Source: Malacoraja senta
Lineage: Eukaryota
Reading direction: 5' to 3'
Assembly (NCBI GenBank): GCA_038087875.1
Contig: CM075977.1
Span: 127,844,001 to 127,908,000, forward strand
DNA length: 64,000 bases
Under the pieces are notes generated by a model. The model was not told the DNA's origin. It did no database searches and was given only the letters and a program-made list of their open reading frames with translations. Made by a program: the position numbers and the translations under genes. Numbering within the stretch: the first letter of the stretch is position 1; each line of letters opens with the position of its first letter. Shown in pieces: positions 37,201 through 49,200 of the stretch.

Positions 37201-40200
37201 TGTTTCCGCACTGTTTCTCTAAATTAAATTAATGAGTAGCTGTACTGCATTTTTAGCCACTGCAGCCAAGGTGCCCCTGGTGATGGAGGAAACAAATGTG
37301 CAGGTTGGAATGTGGGCTATGTCAATCTATCAAGTCGACTACCTTTGATGTCTTGGTGTAAGGCTTACTGAATGTTGTTGGAACCTCACTAATCAACTGG
37401 AGAGTATTATAATCACATTCCTGATTTGTACTTACTGGGGAGGCTTTGAGAAGGAAGATACTTGCAACAGGATAATTGCCATCTAAACTGCCCCATCACT
37501 GCAGTATTTATGTGATTAGTCTGGATGAAATTATAATCGAAACTGACTATCACTTTACCTCCCTTCTCTTCCAGATATTGAGCATTAGGTCTCTTTTAGG
37601 GAAGGGGATGCAATTTGACACTCGTTGAATCTGTGAAACCACTTGGCACCAAGTGCTGCAAAAGTTGTTTGCTGCTTGGTTTGAGAGTTTTATAGGAAAG
37701 TAGATAAAGCGGACCAGCACTCTGAGAGCATCAAAAAATACAATTGAATATCCTTAAATTCTTGGATGTGTGGTGTCCTCTTTTAGGATGTGAAATAGCA
37801 TGCAATATGATGCATCATGCACCACGTTAGTGATAGAACATAATAGTGTAATGCCCTCTGATGCAGATATTGGGCCATTTATAAATGATCTTTTCTCCTG
37901 AAAGCTTGATGTATATGGATTGCAAAACCCAATATTTATATGGGGCAAGGATCTACCCTTTTCATAGTGTGGTATTTACCATATGGTTAGATATTAATAT
38001 AAAGATCTGCCTCTTCTTTCATTGAATTGGGTGATCTGTGAGTGAGGATCTGTGTTTGTGCATTGCCACTCTGCCAAGCCCTTTACTTCAGCTGTGTCTT
38101 TCAAAGAATCAGTGTATTTCAGTATTGATGGGCATGCAAATCAGGCAAATTGCTGTCCGGCCACCTTGGAGAGGAGCAGTGGTGCTACAAATCGGCAATA
38201 CATATCTCATCTACGCTCTGCGCGTAGATTAAAGTCTGAAGGCACAGGAGGAAAAATATACTGGGGGAGGGGATATGGTTGGGAGAAAGGTAAGGTTACG
38301 TACCCACACAATATCAGTATTTTTTGTTCCATGTTTCATAAATCATGTTTCATAATCCATGCTTATTTCATAAGCAAACTTCTGCTTTCACTTTAGTAAA
38401 CTCATTAATTTTTCAGTCTGAGTTCTAACCACCAAGACCACCAAAAAGTGATGGTTCATTTAGAATAAAAGAAGACAAGCAGCCAATTTGTCCGCTATTA
38501 GCAGATGACATTCAATCCTCCAAAAGGGCTCAAGGGAACAGGCAACAAACAACTTCACTGCATTGATTTCAATAGAAAGCAGTTGCCAACAGGGCTCAGC
38601 CCTTGTTCTATCAATGCTGCTGGCTTCACCTCTCCAGTCACAGATTTTACTTGTTCACCTCTCCTTTTTGTAAAAGGCATCACTTACTTAGTTGTCGGTG
38701 ACAGCTGCACGCATGATCCCTCCTTCAGCCAACCACAGTAGGGGTCCCGAGAGGCAACACAAGCCCTGGAGGAAGACAAAAAAAGACTTCTGGATGCATA
38801 TCCAAGGCACAGTCCATGTGAACCCCTCCCAAACAAAATTGCATACACACACGTGCCGCTAGAAACCCTGTACTCAAATAGTGAAAGGCCTGGATAGAGT
38901 GGATGTGGAGAGGATGTTTCCACTAGTGGGAGAGTCTAGGATCAGAGGCCACAGCCTCAGATTAAAAGGACATATGTTTACAAAGGAGATGAGGAGGAAT
39001 TTATTTAGTCTGTGGCAGTGAATTTGTGGAATTCACTGCCACAGACGGCTGTGGAGGCAGTCAATGGATATGTTTAAGGCGGAGTTTGACAGATTCTTGA
39101 TCAGTACGGGTGTCAGGGATTACAGGGAGTAGGCAGGAGAATTGGTTTGAGGGAAAGATATATCAGCCATGATTGAAGGGCGGAGTAGATGGCCTAATTG
39201 CATTTCTATAACTTATGAATTTATGAACTATGAACTACTCACTTTTTGCACTTGTTGTGCCGCTCACATCGAGCAAGAGGCATCCTCACGACACAAGTGG
39301 AGAAGGCCACAAACAGAGCATTGCTGGGCTTATCAAGCAGCATTCCCACGATTCTTCTATCTTCCACACCATCAATACTGCACCTGACACCGAACGGCCA
39401 AATTGACATTATGAGAATCACGTTCAATACACAAGGACGTTTTGTGTTTCTGTGGGAATTAGCAGGGAATTATTCCCTGGCCCAATTAATGAATCATTCA
39501 AATTTTTGGTCTTTGTGCAAGGTGGGAATCATTATGTAATTGATGTCATGGGAACTTACAGTGAAACGCAAGAACGCAAGAATATGGGAGTAGGAGTAGA
39601 CCACACGCCTAACCCATCATTCAGTATGTTCATGGCTGAACCTTGTTGGCCTCAACTCCCCGATCGTCTGCAGAAGTCGGCTATGGGAAAGGATCTGCTG
39701 GCTCCAGCCTGGCCAGAATTCCAGAGCCCCAGCCGCAGGGGGCAAATTCAACCTGCCGATTGGCTACGGAGGTCCCGATGAGGTTGAGATCAGCTGCCTG
39801 ACCCGGCCTAGGCGCCATATTTTCGGGGGGACTTCCGGGGGAGGATTTCAACTGCACTCTCTTAATTTTATCCGCATTAAAGGAGGTGCTGGACCACCAG
39901 TTACCAGAAAATCGGTGGTGCACCTGCATTTGACATAAACCAATGAGTAAATTGCTTAAATCTCAACGGTGAACTGATGGTGCACTTACTTTTCTACATT
40001 GTAGATATTAATCTCCTCCAGGAAGATGCTATCATTGATGGAGCCCATATTTGCTATGGCCAGGAATTTTAAGATGATTCCTTTCTCTGACCCAAGAAAC
40101 ACCACGGTGTAATTCTGGCACGGGCCTGCTGCAGTGTCCACTGCTATTTTAGTCAATCGATACCTGTTTAAAACAATGAGTGGTTTTCATTAAAATTCAG

Positions 40201-43200
40201 CTGTACTATAGAACCACATTGAATGCTAAATATTAAGAGGAATATATATATTTTAAAGTATACTGCAGAATCATCTCAAACAAAATAATCACTCCATTTA
40301 AAAAAAAGCCAATAGATAATGTCGAACCCAGAATGCACTGGTAAAAAGGAGCAACAATCTCCAAGTGTGATGAAATCAAAATGTAACAAGTTCCTTCACA
40401 ATATAACAGAGAGCTTTTGCTTGTGTGTGTGACCTATCAAGTGGATTCTTTAACCAGAGTTGGTTCCCATTTAGCTGTAATATGCTGACTGCTTCAAGAA
40501 GCAGACAAGCTCCCTTTTGTTCACCTACACTGGCAGATCAACAGACCTTAAATTCTAAATATATCTGTACCAAGGGCTGCATTGTTCAACCCATGAAATA
40601 TGATTTTTAGAGAACTGCTCATTCTCTATATATGGGCATAACAGTGCACTCACTGTTTAAACTCTTACCAGCTGTGCTGCCTTCTACCAGACGCTCCACA
40701 AAGTCAGGCACTAAATAAATATTTTCCCAGCAACTGCTCTACCACCAATGAACGAACAGGAGCTCACACAGCCAACTCAAACTAGTATCAAAGCCTGAAC
40801 AGCAAAAAATCCTCCCTTAAAAAGTAATTACTTGAAATGCCAAAAGTTTACAGAAGTCAATTAGATTGTAAAACGAGAAAGACAAGTTTAATGTCTCCAA
40901 TGTGCTCCTTCACACTAACCCCTTTTTTCTTGCAGAGACTGTTTCTGCATTTTATATTCTTACTTTTCAGTCTGATGTAATTTCATCTTTGTTTCAAAGA
41001 TGTTCTTTCTTTCACAGTTGTATGGTATCCCCATAATCGTCAACAAATCTGCTTACTTAACATACTACAAACAGTTATGAAAATAACTGTTTTTTGCTGA
41101 CAGCCATTAAATAGAATGAATAGAAAACCCAGTGGGGAACCATTCTGTTTCATATAATGAGCTTGGTCTATGTTCTTAATTTACTTCTATGTACCAGAAC
41201 AGTTCCTGGCCTGTTTAGTCCAATTGATACAATAATATTGATAAAACTCACTCAAAGTAAGATTTTTTGAGCTTAGGAACATAATTAGGCAATTTAGATG
41301 ACAGCCCTGCCATGGTTGTTTAGTCATTCAATAAAATCATATTTGATGATCCTTTATTCCATATGCTTTAATGTTTAAAAAAATATCAAGATCAGATTTG
41401 TTAATAACATGAACGCATAATTTCAGCATTTTTGCCATATTTTGCAACTTTTCTCCTGCAAACCCTATTCTAAAACTATATAACGTAGTCTATATTCTTA
41501 ATTTCTCTTACCAATAGAAATAATTTATTTCTATGTACCATAACAGTTGAGACTTTAGAGATACAGCATGGAAACAGGCCCTACAGCCTCCTGAATCTGC
41601 CCTTACCATCGATCATCCTGTACTCAAACCAACACACACTAGGGACAATTTTTTACAACTTACTGAACTTAATTAACCTACAAACCGTTACATCTTTAGA
41701 ATGTGGAAGTAAACCAGAGCAACTGCAGAAAACCCATGCAGGGAGAATGTACAAATTCCAGACAGACCGTAGTCAAGATCGAACCTGGGTCTCTGGCGCT
41801 GTAAGACAGCAGCTCCACTATTGCGCCAATGTGCAAAGTTCAATCTAATATCTTGAAGATTGCTCTTCGAATAATCAAAGTCATTTTGTTTTACTTCATA
41901 AACATTGCCATTACAGGCCAGTAAGAAAAGATCGGCTTTGGTTTAAGCTAAGGTCAAATAAAGAGGACCACCAACCTGACCATTGTCCTCAAAAACCATG
42001 GCCTATTGTAAATTGAGGGTACTGCTTCGTCCAGTAGAGGGTGTGTTTTAATGAAGTTGAGGGTATCATCTGGAAATCTATTGGAGGTGCTGTATCTTTC
42101 CAGAGACAGTGATCCTGCACAACTACCTGGCCTGTGCAAGAGACAAAAGAAATGATTGTCAAAGAGGGAGAAATCAACCAACAGACCCAATTCTACAAAA
42201 TTGGCACTGAGAAACATTTGAGGGTTTATGTGGCATTCTAAGGTGTGGAGATGAAGACCACATAAGACATAGGAGCAGAATTAGGAGATTTGGCCCATTC
42301 AATCCTGGCCAATCTATTTTTCTCTCTCAACCCCATTCTCCTGCCTTCTCCCCGTAGCCTTTGACGCCCTTTCCTAATCAAGAACCTATCAATCTCTACA
42401 TTAAAAATACCCAATGACTTGGCCTCCACAGCAATGAATTCCACAGATTTGCCACCCTCTAGCAAAATAAATTCCTCCTCATCTTCATTCTAAAGGTGTG
42501 TCCTTTTATTCTGAGACTGTGCCCTCTAGTCCTAGACTCTCCCACCACTGGGAATATCCTCTCCACATCCACTGTATCTAGCGAAGGAAATTGTGCACCA
42601 TGTCTGTAAAAGTCTTCTCCTTCTTGCCTTGGATGATTGAATTTGTCAATGGGATATGAAGATTGCTTACTTCTACAACAATTGGACCTCAATGAACTGC
42701 TCACTTAATTTGATATCGTGTCTGTGCAATTATTAAAAACCGTTCAGGTAGGGCATTTCCTTACGAGCGATCACGAACGATCCTTTTTTTGTAAACCAGC
42801 ATCTGCAGTTCCTTGTTTCTACACTCTTAATTGGAGATCAGCTTGGCTTACTTCCACCTGAGTATCAAAGTTTCACTTAGCTACACTAAGCTATCTACCT
42901 AATATACAACCATTCATTTAGGAAATTCCTGACAACATGTACACACAGCACATCTCATGGTTAGTTAAACCTACCAACAACCAGCTTACAATTGTTGCAG
43001 AATGCCAGACTGAATCCATTTTAAGCAGTCTGGATTTGCATGTTAAGATCCTGTGATAAAGTGAGATAGAGCTCTTCGAGTTAGATAGAGCTCTTGTAGC
43101 GCTTAAAGATAGCAGAGTCAGGAGATATGGTGAGAAGGCAGGAACGGGGTACTGAATGTGGATGATCAGCCATGATCACAGTGAATGGCGGTGCTGGCTC

Positions 43201-46200
43201 GAAGGGCCAAATGGCCCACTCCTGCACCTATTGTCTAGTGATGTCTGTAGTCCATTTCTCATACCAAAATAATGACCCAACTGAAGAGTAATAGATTATT
43301 TGCCAGGATTCCATTTGTATTCAAGACAAGGTCTAGCATTCTTTCCATAGCAAAGAGCAAGGAAGAAGGGTCCCGACCCAAAACATCACCTACCCATTTT
43401 CTCTAGAGATGCTGCCTGACCCGCTGAGTTATTCTGGCATTTTGTGTCTATCCAATGTATGATAGTGTTAGGCAGTAGGCAACTTCTCAAACCATTTCTG
43501 CAGTGACATGGGTGGGAGTTAGGAGATTATCTCTAGCCATTCACTGTATCAATGCTTTTATGGTATGTTATGGTATAGTGATCTTTGTTAGTGGGTAAAA
43601 GATGAAGCGCACGGCATATCACAGAAACAGAAATTCTGGATGTTCAGAATTGAATGGAGCTTGATTTGATGTTCTACTTAGAATTAAATGACCAACAGAG
43701 TAAAATGAGTTATTGTATCAGGTGGTGATGGGGGAGGGTGGGTGAAAGTGCTGGCATAAAAATTGTATGGTTTTAATTATCAAAATTGAATATAACATGT
43801 AAAGCAGTAAATGTTATATAATCAATTTGGGAATGTTATCTTGATACAGACTCAGCCTGCCACCGGGCCTCCAGTACTGAAAAAGGCTAAAAATTAAATT
43901 AAGCACATTATCCTGTCAAATAAAACCACATTGTAAGTCCAAGCATTTTAAATAACTGAAACATGATTGGATTTATCTTGTGTGACAGAAATCTGAGATA
44001 TCTGCACAGACAATAGGTTGCTAATGAATTTTATTGGCAAATGCATGTATAAAAAAATAACACTATCTTGTTGCATGCTTAAAATAAAACAATAAATTAT
44101 TTGGATTGTCGATTTAGCCCTCCATGTGAAATGTTGAGCATCAGTGCACTATACTATTTTTCATATATTTATCCGTCTACCGTTCCACTATTAATGATCA
44201 AATTAGAGGATTTTTCTCTGATTGGGAATCAAGGAGAGTGATTGCTTGCCAAACACAGTGGGAGGAGTGCCCACTTAATGCAATTGTTTCAATCCTTTCC
44301 CTTCAACAGGAGGCATTACCTTGTTTTAAATTAAATAGCTTGACACCTCTGCCAAAAAAGCAGTGAGAGGAATCTCGAACAAATGCGCTGAGCATTTGCA
44401 CATATATCATTCACAGTTTATTTTTACTACCTAATTACCATATGAGTGCATTTATGCATTGCAGTGTTTCTGATATATTGGTTATGTCATTTTGTACAGC
44501 AAAATTTTACTAAAGCCTTCAAAATGTTGGTATAGGATACTGAAAGAAGACTTTTTTTCCTCATATTAATTCAGAGGTGCACTTGGTAATATTTATCCAG
44601 GACCAATATCACTAAAGCACAGCTTATCTGGATATAGTGCACCACAGCAAGAGTCTCGTTTCAACCAAGAATACAAATAGGATGAGGCAGCTTCTGGCTC
44701 AGAGCAGCACTAACATTGTATGAAGCAGTAGCATAAGTAGACATTGAGCCTGCAGTTTGGCTTATCTTATATAAAAGACAGCAGTGCCAAATGAAAATAA
44801 CAGCATTTTTTTAGTGTCACTTGAATTCATATTGTTTCAAGATTCAGTGAAATGTTATCTCCTTGCATAACTCATACTTTTCTTTTGTGCGGGGCAACAT
44901 GAAGGAAATATATTGTTGTGCGTTTACAGCAAGTTAATAGAACGTAAATGGAACAAATGCCTTGTATTGTGCAGGAATATCGTAAAATTTTACTTTGAAG
45001 AACAAATCTGGCCACAGTCAGCCAAATGTTAACAGAATAAAAGGCTTCATATGTTGTTTGAACATTCCTGGAAAAAAAAATTCTGAAAAAAATATATCTT
45101 AAAGGCAGCTGGCGTACCTTGGCTTTGGAATTCGGTCTTCAGGGACAGGGGTCCACGTGGAATCAGAAGACTTCTGCTCTTTGAATCGACCAGTAAAAAC
45201 AGTGGCAATGTCCTCCATATCATACGCACAGACCGCTGAGCCAGGGATGCTGCAGTTTGACATTGAGCAGAAAGTCGCTGTTCACTCAAACGCCATGCAG
45301 CAAATTAATCCTTAACACGTTTTTTTAAATTGGCTTCCTGTTTTCCTACTAACAAGCTACACCATTACAAGCTTTCACACATTGTCTGGGTGTTTTTCCA
45401 CTAACCCATTAACCCCAGTCCCCACACCTGGCTTTCTTCCTTAACTTCTCCAAAAATGCAGCTCATTTTAGACAGCATTGATGAATTGTGATAAAATTTA
45501 TACTTTGTGATGCTCTATTTGTCCCAGGAATTTAGTTCATTTTTGTTTTAGTCAACAAATGATGACCAATTAAGCAACAGAAAAGTAAAGGAAGATAAAC
45601 CCCTGTCAGATCTAGGAGCAAAAGCAATGACCATATAACACTGCTTCTAGGCATGCTTAAATACAGCTTCTGTCCTTATCATTTGTAGTTATAGCAGCAA
45701 AAAAACAGCTTGGAGCTGCAAATTCAGAAATATTAGCCATTTTTTGGAGTGAAAATGTAAGTTCGTCTATTTTTTTAAAGTAACAATTTCATAAAAGGAA
45801 AGAAATACAAATAATTGTGTACATTCTGGAAATTTTATTATGCAACCTTGGTAATATTACATTTGATCTACACTTAATTTGCAGATCTGCATTGGTATTA
45901 TATAAACAAGCAATATGATTTGAAGATACTACAGTATTTTAATAACTTTATGTTAGCATCTCAAATGCTGCCTATAATGTTTACCTGTTATATGGTGTAG
46001 AAAATGTTGCTAGAATCACATCACGACCATTAATACGTACGACATCAGTCACTGACTGCAGGATGTTGAAGTAAAAATGTGAATCCCCTGGTACTGAACA
46101 GTTGAGACGAGCCTTCACAAAGGATGTCCATTGCTTCTCCAATACTCTCTGAGAACCTCCCATGTCATTTTTGCAAAACCGAGCCACTCGTGGGAAAAGA

Positions 46201-49200
46201 ACCTGTAAAATATCCATGCAAGTCTTTTTACATTCCCTTCAGCTCTCAAGTAATCACTTTAAAATTTCGCTACAGTGCCCCCTGGTCTTAAGCTAAAGTT
46301 CATGCTAAAATAAAATTATCAAAATGGAACCAGGTCTCCAGTGGAGCAGCAAGTAAGTACTTGGATATGCCTAGTTAAAGAATACTTTATGCAAGGTCAG
46401 TCTCTGAGGACGTTTGGAAATTGAATTAACAATTTCTGTTAATAGTATCTGAAGGGCTTGTGGACTGAGAGTTTGGCTACCTTTTTCTGTATTTTAAGCT
46501 AATGCACTTATTAATGTGAGGCCCCTTCCCCCACCTTAGTACTGGTGTGCTAGACAAGGGAATAGTTTGGTTATCCTGTCACAATTGGGAAACTGAGTGA
46601 CCACAAATATAACGGAGAGAAATTAGTCAATAAGCAGGATCCATCTGTCATATCAGGCAGGAAGCCTCTTTTGCCTTGAAATTAAGATTCCTGTCATTTA
46701 TATTGAGTTGCACCAGATACTGTGGTGTAAAATTTGCGGTATATCCTGATTCATCGGAAATTGAAAAATTCAGATCCATTCCCACAGGAATGATAACATG
46801 TCATTGCACACTGAGAGTGGATTTAACCTGAGGTCAACATTTTTCTTCTATCATTTAGATTATTTTGAGCTTCCAGACTGAGCAATTGTAAAGCTCACAG
46901 GAATATTGCCGTGGACCGTTCATTATTACAGATGTTGGGGACTATCCAACATTTTAATTGGAAACTAGGGGACGTGTAATTGGGGAAGATAAAAGAAAAA
47001 CCCATGCTAAATGCACATCTGGCTTTTGTAAATGTAAATGACATTCTGAAATATTGTATTTAGTTTAGGAATACAGCATGGGACCCTTCGGCCACCAAGT
47101 CCATGCCGACCATCAATCACCCATTCACACTAGATCTAGGTTATCCCACTTTCGCATCCCCTCCCTACACACTGAGGGCAATTTACAGGGGCCAATTAAC
47201 TGCAGATCTTTGGGATATGGCAGGAAAATGGAACACCCAGAGAAGACCTATGTGGTCACAGGGAGAACATGTAAACTCCACACAGGCAGCACCTGAGGTC
47301 ACAATAGAACCCAGGTCGCTGGTGCTGTGAGGCAGCAGCTCTACCAGCTGCGTCATAGTGCCAACCGAAATATGACCTTGTTTTGAATGAAAGCTTGATA
47401 GGTCTTAGAATGGATTGCCCAACTCAGTATTGATGTCCCTGAAATTTGAAAGATCATGAGGTTATGAAAAGGTGATGAATATTTGGAACTTGCATCTGCA
47501 AATGATAACTGACACTCAGTCAATTGTTAACTTTAATTCTATGAGTAATAGACTTGTATAAAGCAAAGTTATTAAGGGATAATGGGATGAAAGTGGATGT
47601 ATGGAACTATGGTCACAGATTAGGGTTGAATTAACCGAGTGACAGAACAGACTCAAGGGAATAAATGACCCACTCTTTTACATCATATCCTGCGTTCAGG
47701 TCCTCTGCTTTGTTGGGAGGCACAAGAAACTTCTCTGGGTGTCAGAATTACATCTAGAATTACTTTGTTGGTGACTAAATGCCATGTGTGGGATATGAGC
47801 CAGACACAGTAGCGGACAGGTAAATCATGTGTCCCATCCAATCTGCCCCTTACCATAACCATTACAATTTGTATATACTCCATCCCAACAGAAGGCATAT
47901 AGGTTACTGAATATTGCAGTAAAAATAATCACAATACTTCAAGAAGTCTGCAAATTTCTTCTCTAACTCCACAAGGAGATCAGGACCAGACCTGGAAATA
48001 ATGCAGAATCTCCCAAAGTCAGGAACTCATTTGGATTCCTCAGCTTCAATTAATTTGCTAAAGTGGTGAAGATGGAGCCATTCCCATTGATGGGCCTATG
48101 CACAGCCTGGTGTGATAACGTGTCCTAAGGATATAGTTAAATATCTGGTCTGCCTGGTGTAAACTAAACTCCAGCAGTGTATTAGTCAAGTCAAGTCAAG
48201 TCACATTTATTTATATAGCACATTTAAAAAACAACTCTCATTGGCCAAACTGCTTTACATTTGTTATAAGAATAATATAAACAAAACAAACTACATACAT
48301 ATATACATGTAGCCCTCACTCAGAGGACGTCAGGAAAGGCTTGGGAGTATAGATAAGTTTTTAGTCTTGACTTCAAAGAGTCGATGGAGGGGGCAGTTCT
48401 GATGGGAAGGGGGATGCTGTTCCACAGTCTAGGGGCTGCAACCGCAAAGGCGCGGTCGCCCCTGAGCTTATGCCTAGACCGTGGGATATTCAGCAACCCC
48501 AAGTCGGCCGATCTGAGGGGCCTGGAGGTGGAGTGGTGGGTAAGAAGACTTTTTATGTAGGTGGGGGCAAGCCCATTGAGGGCTTTGTAGACATGGAGGA
48601 GGATCTTGAAGTTTAGACGGAACCGCACAGGGAGCCAGTGGAGAGAGGCCAGGATCGGGGTGATGTGGTCCCTTTTTCGGGTGCCCGTCAGGAGTCTCGC
48701 TGCGGCGTTTTGGACCAGTTGCAGGCGGGACAGGGAAGATTGGCTGATGCCAGTGTAAAGGGAGTTGCAGTAATCTAGGCGGGAGGAGATGAATGTGTGG
48801 ATGATCTTTTCGAGGTCATCAAACTGGAGGAATTGTTTTATTTTAGCTATCGTCCGAAGCTGAAAGAAGCTAGCTTTTACCACGGCATTGACTTGTTTGT
48901 CAAATTTCAGTGCTGAGTCAAATATCACGCCAAGGTTTTTGACGTGAGGTTTGAGTAATGGGGTAAGGCTTCCAAGGCTGCCTGCTATCATTTTGATTGA
49001 GTCCGAGGGACCGAGAAGGATGACCTCAGACTTACTCTCGTATTAGTTTGCTTATCCCTCCAGTTCAAGGGTTGTCTGCAAGTTGTCTGCAAGTTGTTAT
49101 TGAATAAGGTTTAGTTTATTACTGATATCTATAGAATCTTGTTCTGGAACATAGCCTTCATGGGAAAAAAAGCAATTTGGTTGGGAGCGTTGGATTGGGA

